NCBI GenBank assembly: GCA_024233435.1
Contig: JACKPQ010000002.1
Coordinates: forward strand, 286 to 64,285
Source: Chlamydiales bacterium
GTDB taxonomy: Bacteria; Chlamydiota; Chlamydiia; Chlamydiales; JACKPQ01
Direction: 5' to 3'
Length of the DNA: 64,000 nt
The notes under the pieces are model-generated. The model was given only the letters and a program-made list of their open reading frames with translations. It was not told the origin of the DNA and searched no databases. Shown here piece by piece: positions 20,962 to 29,034 of this stretch (positions within the stretch are counted from its first letter, which is position 1; each line of letters starts with the position of its first letter). Position numbers and translations under genes: made by a program.

Positions 20962-21485
20962 TTAACTGGAAAACAATCTCGCTGAAAGAACTTGCCGGGT
21001 ATATCTGTGAACAATTAAAAAAACGTCACATTAGCACTGTCCTAGTCAGAAGAGCATGCGTCACTTTTTACACGCGCAACCAGCATGCTTCTTATGATTT
21101 AGATTTTGTATCATACGAGAATCGAAAAGATTTAAAGTCCGTGCTTGAGCTGTTGGGATTTCATGAACACAATAAATACTTTCAACGCCATGATTGCCCT
21201 TGGTTAATTGAATTTGTAGCCCCTCCAGTTGCCGTAGGCGATGAGCCAATTACAAAATTTCAATACATCAAGACCAAATATGGAACGATTAAATTACTGA
21301 GACCGATTGACTGTATTAAAGATAGGCTTGCAGGGTATTTTTATTGGGACGACCGCCAGTCTTTGGACCAGGCTGTCGCCATTCACAAAAACCGTAAAAT
21401 TGACCTTAATGAGCTGGCCCAATGGGCAAAGCGTGAAAGATGCGAATCCAAATTTTCTGATTTCTTATCTTTGATTCAAAAATGA
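20958..21485 (+). CDS. hypothetical protein with a minimal nucleotidyltransferase-like motif (possible toxin/antitoxin partner)
   Basis: 175 aa, TTG start with AGGGAAG upstream. The segment LVRRACVTFYTRNQHASYDLDFVS has the spacing of the hGG-x(n)-DhDh nucleotidyltransferase motif, but RR replaces GG. Confidence 0.4.
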   Translation: MINWKTISLKELAGYICEQLKKRHISTVLVRRACVTFYTRNQHASYDLDFVSYENRKDLKSVLELLGFHEHNKYFQRHDCPWLIEFVAPPVAVGDEPITKFQYIKTKYGTIKLLRPIDCIKDRLAGYFYWDDRQSLDQAVAIHKNRKIDLNELAQWAKRERCESKFSDFLSLIQK

Positions 21486-21523
21486 GCCTTGTTTTTTTTC
21501 AATGGCGTACTTAGAATTACTTT

Positions 21524-22294
21524 ATGGCGCTTATTCAAATTCATGACCTACACAAAAGCTATACTGAGAAAGGCAAAGTCGTAGCAAGGGCTTTGCAGGG
21601 TATTAACCTTGACATTGAAGAGGGCGAAATACTCACGCTGCTCGGCGTCAACGGCGCTGGGAAAACAACACTCTCCTCTATCATTGCCTCTTTACATCCA
21701 CCAACGTCTGGAGACGTTCTTTGGCAAGGCACATCTATTTTCAAGCAGCTGACAAGGTACCGCCACGTCGTGGGTCTTTGCCCTCAAAAACCAAACCTTG
21801 ATAAACGCCTATCCCTCAGAGAAAATCTCTATTATGCAGGCCTTGCCTATGGTCTGACAAAGCGCCAATCGCAAATGCGCGTTGATGAGCTTTTAGCACA
21901 ATTTAACCTAGGCACTTATGCAGATGCTCTTGCAATCACGTTATCAGGTGGCTACCGCCAGCGCTTTTTGATCGCTCGCACTCTTATGCCATCACCAAAG
22001 CTTGTCATCCTTGATGAGCCAACTATTGGCTTGGATCCTCACATTCGCAAACGCCTTTGGGACACGATTAAAGAGCTCAAAAAACAAGGCACTACAATTC
22101 TTTTAACAACACATTATCTTGATGAAGCAGAAATCCTATCCGATCGCGTCTGCATGATTGATGCAGGCACAATCAAACTTATCGACACGCCGGATAAACT
22201 TAAAGATGCCTACAAACAAAAAGACCTAGAAAGTGTCTTTATCCATCTGATTGACAAACTAGAAGAGCAAAATAATGATCACAAAACAGCTTAA
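21524..22294 (+). CDS. ABC transporter ATP-binding protein (ABC-2/DrrA-like exporter type)
   Basis: 256 aa. Walker A GVNGAGKTT, signature LSGGYRQR, Walker B LVILDEPTIGLD, and an H-loop TTHYLDEAE. Confidence 0.85.
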   Translation: MALIQIHDLHKSYTEKGKVVARALQGINLDIEEGEILTLLGVNGAGKTTLSSIIASLHPPTSGDVLWQGTSIFKQLTRYRHVVGLCPQKPNLDKRLSLRENLYYAGLAYGLTKRQSQMRVDELLAQFNLGTYADALAITLSGGYRQRFLIARTLMPSPKLVILDEPTIGLDPHIRKRLWDTIKELKKQGTTILLTTHYLDEAEILSDRVCMIDAGTIKLIDTPDKLKDAYKQKDLESVFIHLIDKLEEQNNDHKTA

Positions 22295-23057
22295 GATTTG
22301 GTTTAATCTCATCTGCCGCGATTGCACAGTGCTCAAAAAATCCATGCGCACGCGCTTTATCAACACTGTTTGCATCACCGCTGCAAATTTGCTCGTTTTT
22401 GCCTATTTCATTCCTGGTCTTGACCAATCGCAAAATTATGGAGCTTTTATCTTTTTTGGGGCTCTTGCAATTTACGGATTTTTCGATGTGATTTCGTTTA
22501 TTACAGGGATGCTCTCTGATGTTGAGGGTGATAACACTCTGAGCTACAATCTAGCTATTCCTCTACACCCTAAAATGGTGTTTCTTCAAATTGTGACCTA
22601 TTGGGCAATTTGTACAGGTCTAATTGGGGTTTACATTTTTCCTCTCGGCAAGCTCTTTCTTTGGAATTCTTTGAGTTTATCTGAGATTTCTTATATCCGC
22701 TTTATTCCCGCCTTTATAACCAGCTGTTTTGTCTATGGCACCTTTGCACTATGGCTTGTCAGCATGATCAAAAGCGTTTCAGAAATCCAAACAATTTGGT
22801 TTCGCGTGATCACGCCACTTTTCATGTTTGGAGCTTATTTCTTCTCGTGGAAAAGCGCCCTTGCCACTAACACCTATATTGCATGCGCTATGCTCATTAA
22901 CCCTCTTGTTTATACGATGGAAGCCATTCGCTCTGCAGCGCTAGGCCCCACAAACTACATCCCGTTTTGGATCTCCATGAGCGTGATGTGGGCATTTAAT
23001 TTCTTTTTCTTTTTCCACGGCACCCACCGGCTAAAAAAATGGCTCGACCATCCCTAA
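22275..23057 (+). CDS. ABC-2 type transporter permease
   Basis: 260 aa with six predicted TM segments. It overlaps the ATPase gene by 20 nt, the typical ABC-2 partner arrangement. Confidence 0.7.
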   Translation: MITKQLKIWFNLICRDCTVLKKSMRTRFINTVCITAANLLVFAYFIPGLDQSQNYGAFIFFGALAIYGFFDVISFITGMLSDVEGDNTLSYNLAIPLHPKMVFLQIVTYWAICTGLIGVYIFPLGKLFLWNSLSLSEISYIRFIPAFITSCFVYGTFALWLVSMIKSVSEIQTIWFRVITPLFMFGAYFFSWKSALATNTYIACAMLINPLVYTMEAIRSAALGPTNYIPFWISMSVMWAFNFFFFFHGTHRLKKWLDHP

Positions 23058-23062
23058 CCACT

Positions 23063-23383
23063 ATGACACCTACTAACAGAAGACCTACTCTACCTGGGAG
23101 GATACTCCTAGAGGAGTTTTTGATCCCGTTAAACTTGACGCAGTCTGAGTTCGTCTCCTATCTAGGCGGTTCTTGGACACAGCCTAAACTTAGCGCTATT
23201 ATTTCTGGTAAAAGATCTATTACAGAAGCTATTGCACTCGACTTGGCCGACACTCTTTGCACAACGCCTGAATTTTGGATTGGACTGCAAATGGATGTAA
23301 AGCTTTGGGATGCCGCTAGAAAACGAAAGCCTTTAGCAAAAATCCCTAGAAAACACACCAAAAAGTTAACGATATCTAATTAA
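23063..23383 (+). CDS. HigA/VapI-type XRE-family antitoxin-like HTH protein (no adjacent HigB)
   Basis: PTLPGRILLEEFLIPLNLTQSEFVSYLGGSWTQPKLSAIISGKRSITEAIALDLADTLCTTPEFWIGLQMDVKLWDA is the classic HigA/VapI pattern. Start placed at ATG 23063. The track ORF begins at 23039, inside the permease gene. Confidence 0.7.
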   Translation: MTPTNRRPTLPGRILLEEFLIPLNLTQSEFVSYLGGSWTQPKLSAIISGKRSITEAIALDLADTLCTTPEFWIGLQMDVKLWDAARKRKPLAKIPRKHTKKLTISN

Positions 23384-23407
23384 CTGATGGTTAATAATTT
23401 AAATTTA

Positions 23408-23506
23408 TTTACCCCCTTATTTTCGCTGATTTATGTGATATTTACCCCCTATTTTTTACATTTTTTTGCTAAATTTACCCCCTAAATTTAACAAATTTGC
23501 TATCAT
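23408..23506. repeat. three tandem 33-bp-period direct repeats with a TTTACCCCCT core
   Basis: TTTACCCCCT begins at 23408, 23441 and 23474, an exact 33-bp spacing. Each unit also carries a TTT(C/T)GCT(G/A/A) sub-motif near its 3' end. The array fills the gap between the HigA-like gene and the ATPase gene. Confidence 0.8.
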
Positions 23507-23512
23507 AATGGC

Positions 23513-24841
23513 ATGAGACGATTGATATATGACCATTTGTTAAGCTGGAAAAACAACCCCAAGCGTATGCCCCTTCTTATTCGGGGGGCTCGTCAGGTTG
23601 GAAAAACGTACTCGGTTCTTCACTTCGGTAAGACGCACTATCAGCAGGTTATCCACATCAATTTTGAAAAATCACCAGACTATAAGCAATGCTTTAAAGA
23701 CCTTGACCCAAACGCCATACTGCTTGCAATTCAAGTTCAAGAAAGCAGGTCTATTGATTTTTCAAATTCTTTGATTTTTTTAGACGAGATCCAAGAATGC
23801 CCCGAGGCCATTATGTCCCTTCGCTACTTCAAGGAAGAGCGTTCCGATATTCACATTATTGGGGCAGGGTCACTATTGGAGTTTACGTTAAAAAATGAAG
23901 ACTTTCGTATGCCTGTAGGGCGCGTAGAATCAAAATTCATGCACCCTATGTCTTTTGACGAGTTTTTATGGGCTACTGGCCGCGAACACTTGCAAAACTA
24001 TTTTTCTCAGGTAACTTTAAACAACCCTCCAAACGAAGTTGCCCATACTAAGGGCTTAAAAGCTCTCCGTGAGTACTTTGCGCTTGGAGGAATGCCTGAT
24101 GTTTTATCTGCATTTGTCGATACACATGAATATTTGCCCTCTCAACATATGCAACTCGACCTTTTACGCAGCTACCGGGATGACTTTGGAAAGTATGCAA
24201 AACACACTGATATCGAAGTCCTTGATCAGGTATATAGCCGTCTTCCAGGCATTGCGTGCAAATGGTTCAAATACAGTAAAATTGATGGCGATACACGAGC
24301 TGAAAAAATTAAAACGGCCGTCCAAAACTTGCGTGATGCAGGTCTAGTGAACCAGGTGTTTGCAACCAACGCAAATGGAATTCCCCTTGCAGCCTCTATG
24401 AACCACAAAAAATTTAAGCTCTTGTTTATTGATATCGGGTTGATGCAACGCGCTATGGAAACTGACATCAAGACAATCCTACGCAAAGATTTGATGCTGA
24501 TCAATGAAGGGCAACTTTCAGAGCAGTTTGTCGGCCAAGAACTCTTAAGTTATACCGATCCTAATGAAAAACGCGCTCTTTATTTTTGGAATCGCGAAAA
24601 AACGGGAAGCTCTGCAGAAGTGGACTATGTCACAGTAAGCCAATCCCAAATTATCCCTATTGAAGTAAAGTCAAAAGCCGCAGGGCATTTAAAGTCACTG
24701 CAGATCTTTCTAAAAGAGCGCAACTTACCTCTTGGCCTATGCGTTTCTACCAATCGGTTAAAGTTGGTTGGCAATATTCTTTATTTACCCATGTATATGA
24801 TTAGCTCACTGCATCGTTTTATTGGCGATGAAAAAGTCTAG
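23513..24841 (+). CDS. AAA-family ATPase with a C-terminal PD-(D/E)xK nuclease-like domain (AAA_14/DUF4143-type architecture)
   Basis: 442 aa. Walker A GARQVGKT, Walker B LIFLDEIQ, and a C-terminal SAEVDYV...IIPIEVKSK (D...ExK). It is a paralog of the 36692 gene. No SD is visible. Confidence 0.7.
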   Translation: MRRLIYDHLLSWKNNPKRMPLLIRGARQVGKTYSVLHFGKTHYQQVIHINFEKSPDYKQCFKDLDPNAILLAIQVQESRSIDFSNSLIFLDEIQECPEAIMSLRYFKEERSDIHIIGAGSLLEFTLKNEDFRMPVGRVESKFMHPMSFDEFLWATGREHLQNYFSQVTLNNPPNEVAHTKGLKALREYFALGGMPDVLSAFVDTHEYLPSQHMQLDLLRSYRDDFGKYAKHTDIEVLDQVYSRLPGIACKWFKYSKIDGDTRAEKIKTAVQNLRDAGLVNQVFATNANGIPLAASMNHKKFKLLFIDIGLMQRAMETDIKTILRKDLMLINEGQLSEQFVGQELLSYTDPNEKRALYFWNREKTGSSAEVDYVTVSQSQIIPIEVKSKAAGHLKSLQIFLKERNLPLGLCVSTNRLKLVGNILYLPMYMISSLHRFIGDEKV

Positions 24842-25717
24842 AATTTTTGGCATAACATTCCACTTGGAATCTAATACGCCATGCGCCATCCCTTCAACAC
24901 GTAAATATGTGACGTCTTGCCCCTGGGCTTTTGCTCTAGCAATGAGCCGGTCTGTTGAAGGGCATTCAAGATCTTGAGTTCCTGTTACCACAAATACAGG
25001 ACATTTGAGTTGCAAAAAAGCGTCCATTTCAAATTGATCCAGGGCATCTGCCCAATACCGATAGGTTTGGCCATACCAGAATTTTTCAGGGGTCGGGTTT
25101 GACTTCATTCGCGCAACACGCGCTTCATAGGAAGCGCGGGTAAACGGCATATCCCCTATGCATGTTACCCATACTCTCTTCCAAAAAGGGGCTGATTGGA
25201 GCGTATGCCAGATGTATTCTTTAAAAGTCTGATCCCCACAGCCCACAAGCACGACGCAGGCTGCCGGATTAACGCTGTGCGCAAGCTTGATTGCAATCGG
25301 CCCACCTTCACTGCCACCTAGAATAAAGAGCTGACCGTTCCATCTCTCTGGTGGTCGCGCCTGCAAATGCTCCACAAACTTTAGATGATCCAAAAGGCGC
25401 TGAGTCGGCGTATTAAACGCATGGTATTTTTCAACGTTAATCTTGTCATGCCCATCTACTCCACGCCGCTCGATTGTAGCCACACCTATCGCAGCTCCAT
25501 GAAAATCACTCACCATGACCTCGTGCAAGCGGAGAATGCTTTGCGGCCCGCTATTTGCGCAATAAGACCCTTCAATAACTAAAACCAATGGGACGGTGCC
25601 ATCAACATCTGGCATATCGATATAATAGCTCATCACCTCATCTTGCAGATTCATTTCATATCGAATGGGTTCTGCAAAAAGTGAAAAGCTAATCAATAAT
25701 AGCAGTAAGCACTTCAT
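24806..25717 (-). CDS. secreted alpha/beta hydrolase (S9/dienelactone-hydrolase-like)
   Basis: 303 aa with a signal peptide MKCLLLLLISFSLFA, a nucleophile elbow ILGGSEGGP, and later VVTGTQDLECP and GMAHGV, candidates for the Asp and His of the triad. Confidence 0.65.
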   Translation of the reverse strand: MKCLLLLLISFSLFAEPIRYEMNLQDEVMSYYIDMPDVDGTVPLVLVIEGSYCANSGPQSILRLHEVMVSDFHGAAIGVATIERRGVDGHDKINVEKYHAFNTPTQRLLDHLKFVEHLQARPPERWNGQLFILGGSEGGPIAIKLAHSVNPAACVVLVGCGDQTFKEYIWHTLQSAPFWKRVWVTCIGDMPFTRASYEARVARMKSNPTPEKFWYGQTYRYWADALDQFEMDAFLQLKCPVFVVTGTQDLECPSTDRLIARAKAQGQDVTYLRVEGMAHGVLDSKWNVMPKILDFFIANKTMQ

Positions 25718-26877
25718 GAAAGCGAGAAGTCCTGCTCAAGGTGCTTTTTAAGAGCAGCAAGAAAATGACAGCCGTCCATGCCATCGATGATGCGATGGTC
25801 AAAAGTGCAGGAAATGAAAACTTTTTTGCGGATGGCAAAATTGTCATCGTCTGTTGGCACAACTTTTCGCTCAATGGCTCCAATGCCAATGATGGCAACT
25901 TCTGGATGGCGGATAATCGGAATGCCAATGAGCGTTCCTCCCATGCCAAAGTTTGTCATGGTGATGGTGCCATTTTGCACATCATCGGGATTGAGGGTAT
26001 TAGAGCGAGCACGCGCTGCAAAATCTGCAACAGCTTTTGCAATTTCTGGTATGGATTTTGCATTGCACTCTTTAATAACAGGGACCATGAGTCCTTTTTC
26101 AAGGCTCACGGCAATGCCAACGTTGACCGAGGCATGCTTTGAAAGTGTGCTCCCATCAAAAGTGGCATTAAACATTGGGTAGTGGCCAGCAGCAACGCTG
26201 ATGGCTTTTGCTATCAATGCTGTGATCGTTGGCTTGACGCCATGCTGCTTGGTAAAAGCTTCTTTTTCCCTAGCAATGAGCGCTAGAGCATCGGTAACAT
26301 CGACTTCGCTAACGAGTGTTGCATGAGGGATTTCAGTGGATGATTGCACCATCTTGTCTGCAATCATTTTGCGCATGCCGGTGAGCTGCACTTGCTCTGT
26401 TGCGCCTGCTTGGATTGTTGGCGCCTTTGATGAAGGGGTGTAGTTCTCTAGGTCTTTTTTGGTGATGCGACCGCCAGCTCCTGACCCTTGCATTTTTGCC
26501 AATTGATCAACGCTTAACCCTTTTTCTTGAGCAAGGCGCAGAACTGAGGGTGAATAAAAACCACTCATCGACTGATCGCATGTGGTTTTCTGCTTGGTGA
26601 TTTTTGCTTCGACAGCGGCAGAAGGCGCATCGCTTGTAGAAATAAGAGCAAGGGGCGCACCTACATCGAGCTCAGTGTCAGGCTCTGCAAGAATTTTTTT
26701 GACTACGCCCTTTACAGGGGATGGAATTTCACTGTTGACTTTGTCAGTGGACACTTCAAGCAACGGCTCATCCAAGGAGATAATATCTCCTTCTTTTTTG
26801 AACCACTGAACAACAGTGGCACTCATGATGCTCTCCCCTAATTTAGGGAGTGTAACAGTAAATTCTTCATCGCTCAT
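25714..26877 (-). CDS. 2-oxoacid dehydrogenase complex E2 component (dihydrolipoamide acyltransferase)
   Basis: 387 aa. Lipoyl domain (LLEVSTDKVNSEIPSP), peripheral-subunit-binding domain (SPSVLRLAQEKGLSVDQL...GSGAGGRITKKDL), and a catalytic domain ending in FDHRIIDG. Confidence 0.85.
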   Translation of the reverse strand: MSDEEFTVTLPKLGESIMSATVVQWFKKEGDIISLDEPLLEVSTDKVNSEIPSPVKGVVKKILAEPDTELDVGAPLALISTSDAPSAAVEAKITKQKTTCDQSMSGFYSPSVLRLAQEKGLSVDQLAKMQGSGAGGRITKKDLENYTPSSKAPTIQAGATEQVQLTGMRKMIADKMVQSSTEIPHATLVSEVDVTDALALIAREKEAFTKQHGVKPTITALIAKAISVAAGHYPMFNATFDGSTLSKHASVNVGIAVSLEKGLMVPVIKECNAKSIPEIAKAVADFAARARSNTLNPDDVQNGTITMTNFGMGGTLIGIPIIRHPEVAIIGIGAIERKVVPTDDDNFAIRKKVFISCTFDHRIIDGMDGCHFLAALKKHLEQDFSLS

Positions 26878-28133
26878 TCTAACCAGGTTACCGCATGATA
26901 CTGTTTTGTATCAATCTGATTTTCACATTTAGCAACGTAAACAGCTGCAACGGCATCACCTAATACATTGACAACTGAAGAGACCATTTCACGAAGGCGA
27001 TCAACACCAGCTAATAGGGCAAACGCTCCGAAGGGGTCTAATGGGAGACCCAAAGCGCCTAAAACAACCGAGAGCATGATCAATCCCGTTCCTGGGATCC
27101 CAGCAGCTCCAATAGCCGATACAAGCGATACAAAGAAAAGAATGACAATCTTTAAAGCTCCAAGCTCTAGACCATAGGCCTCAGCAATGAAAATAGCTGA
27201 AACCGCCTGCCCAATTGCTGCACCGTTCATGTTAATTGTCGAGCCAAGCGAAAGGACAAATCCTGAAATATCTTCTGAAACGCCGAGGTGGTCTCGCACA
27301 CACTCTAATGAAACTGGCAAGGTCGCAGTACTGCTGTTAGTTGAAAAGGCCAAAACGATTGCATCTTTCATTCCTTTAAAAAAGGGTGCAATTTGAAGGC
27401 GCGCAAGCACTTTTAAAGAGAGTGTGAAAATCACAAAAATTTGAAGTAAACAAGCAATGTAGTTGCAAGCTAGAAACTTGGCTAGCGGTACAACAGCCCC
27501 AAATCCAGTCGTGCCAATTGCAACGGCAATTAAAGCAAATACGCCGTATGGCGCAAAGCGCATGATAAAATGTGTCAATGTGTACATTGTCTCTAAAACT
27601 GATTCAATGACGTGCAATATTCCTTTTCCTTTTTCCCCTGACATTGTGATTGCAACGGCAAACAAGATAGCAAAGACGATGATCTGTAAAATATCGCCCT
27701 GGGCAAATGCGTGAAATGGATTAGATGGAATTAATTTCGCAAAAAAGTCCAAAAACTGCATCGGTTTTGCGCTCACTACAAAATCTGATGGCAGGCTAAA
27801 ATTTAAGCCTCGTCCCGGCCTAAAGATAAATGCCAGTGTAATGCCGATGCCAATTGCGATGAGTGTAGAAATGATGTAAAAGCCGATTGTGCGAAAACCA
27901 ATGCGACTCAGCTTTTTTGGGTCATGCAAATGGCAAATACCGCTAACTAGCGACGAAAACAGCATGATCCCAACGAGCATTTTAAGGAGGTTTATGAAAG
28001 CTTGCCCAACAACATTGAGAAAACCCTTAAAACCTTCTAAATCGCTAATGTTATAGTGATCAAATAGGTGAAGTGCAATCCCAACAATTAGACCTAGACC
28101 CAGACCGATTAAAATTTTGATCCATAATTTCAC
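26874..28133 (-). CDS. dicarboxylate/amino acid:cation symporter (DAACS, GltP/GltT-like)
   Basis: Polytopic. KLWIKILIGLGLGLIVG at the N-terminus, then SSTATLP and NMNGAAIGQAV reentrant-loop motifs. I prefer the GTG start at 28133, preceded by GAGGAGG. The track ATG starts at 28157 and 28169 lie even deeper inside lpxK. Confidence 0.75.
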   Translation of the reverse strand: MKLWIKILIGLGLGLIVGIALHLFDHYNISDLEGFKGFLNVVGQAFINLLKMLVGIMLFSSLVSGICHLHDPKKLSRIGFRTIGFYIISTLIAIGIGITLAFIFRPGRGLNFSLPSDFVVSAKPMQFLDFFAKLIPSNPFHAFAQGDILQIIVFAILFAVAITMSGEKGKGILHVIESVLETMYTLTHFIMRFAPYGVFALIAVAIGTTGFGAVVPLAKFLACNYIACLLQIFVIFTLSLKVLARLQIAPFFKGMKDAIVLAFSTNSSTATLPVSLECVRDHLGVSEDISGFVLSLGSTINMNGAAIGQAVSAIFIAEAYGLELGALKIVILFFVSLVSAIGAAGIPGTGLIMLSVVLGALGLPLDPFGAFALLAGVDRLREMVSSVVNVLGDAVAAVYVAKCENQIDTKQYHAVTWLE

Positions 28134-29034
28134 GTAGCACCTCCTCAATGTGCTCATAGCCAAAGGCAAAGTTTAAACCTGCATCGATGACTGTAATGGG
28201 AATATCGATTTGACCGAGTTTCACCCCATCCTTGCGCGTACATACAAGCTGAGTACCTGCAGCTTTTGCAAACGCTTTCAACTCAGCCTCTGTAAAGGCT
28301 TTGTGATCCCGCTTAAACCTGGTTGCAACAACATTGGCGCCTGCCCGCTTCAGGTCTTGAACAAAGCGATCAGGCCTTCCAAGGGCACAAAATGCGGCCA
28401 CATCCTGACCTTGCAAATTAGGCAGTACATAATGGGCGCCCGCTACAGGTGCATGCGTGATGTGCGCTAACTTCTGCAATAGCACGTTACACTCATTTTT
28501 GTCATATGCATCCATAATGACGATGAGATCTGCACGCTTTAAAGCCGTTGGTGGCTCTCGTAAAATCTTGCCATCTAGGTCATCTTTTGAAAGCATGACA
28601 ATTTCGATGTCACGCTTGAGATAGCGGTACTGCATCCCATCGTCTAAAATGAGGATGCGCGCTCCAACATCTTTTGCAAGCTGCGCTCCAGCCCGCCTAT
28701 TTTTCCCAACAATAACCATTGGCCTGCATGGCAATTGGGCAAGCATTGCAGGTTCATCCCCACATACTTCTGGATCTGTTTTAGAATCGATCAGAGTTGG
28801 CCTTCTGTGCTCCAATTGACTTTTATAACCGCGCGTGAGTACAGCGGGCTTGTCCAATCTTTCAACTAACCATTGAACAAACGCTGTTTTTCCCGAGCCT
28901 CCAGGAGCTAAGTTACCTACACTGATTACAGGCAGCTGTGAGCGCATCGAGGCAACCCACCCGCGATCGATGAGCCAGTTTTTTATCGCTGCCCCACTCC
29001 ACAAAATCCAATTAATCAAATAGCACCTTTTCAA
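28060..29034 (-). CDS. lpxK: tetraacyldisaccharide 4'-kinase
   Basis: 324 aa. VISVGNLAPGGSGKTAFVQWL P-loop and downstream RGYKS...CGDEP...DDGMQ motifs. The ORF as drawn starts at a TTG. Confidence 0.85.
   Translation of the reverse strand: MKRCYLINWILWSGAAIKNWLIDRGWVASMRSQLPVISVGNLAPGGSGKTAFVQWLVERLDKPAVLTRGYKSQLEHRRPTLIDSKTDPEVCGDEPAMLAQLPCRPMVIVGKNRRAGAQLAKDVGARILILDDGMQYRYLKRDIEIVMLSKDDLDGKILREPPTALKRADLIVIMDAYDKNECNVLLQKLAHITHAPVAGAHYVLPNLQGQDVAAFCALGRPDRFVQDLKRAGANVVATRFKRDHKAFTEAELKAFAKAAGTQLVCTRKDGVKLGQIDIPITVIDAGLNFAFGYEHIEEVLREIMDQNFNRSGSRSNCWDCTSPI

Noticed and set aside
23408-23506. Possibility that the 33-bp-phased repeats are a mini CRISPR array
   Set aside because: There are only three units. 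The conserved part is about 10 bp rather than a 25-40-bp repeat, there are no cas genes, and the array sits in a normal promoter-sized gap.
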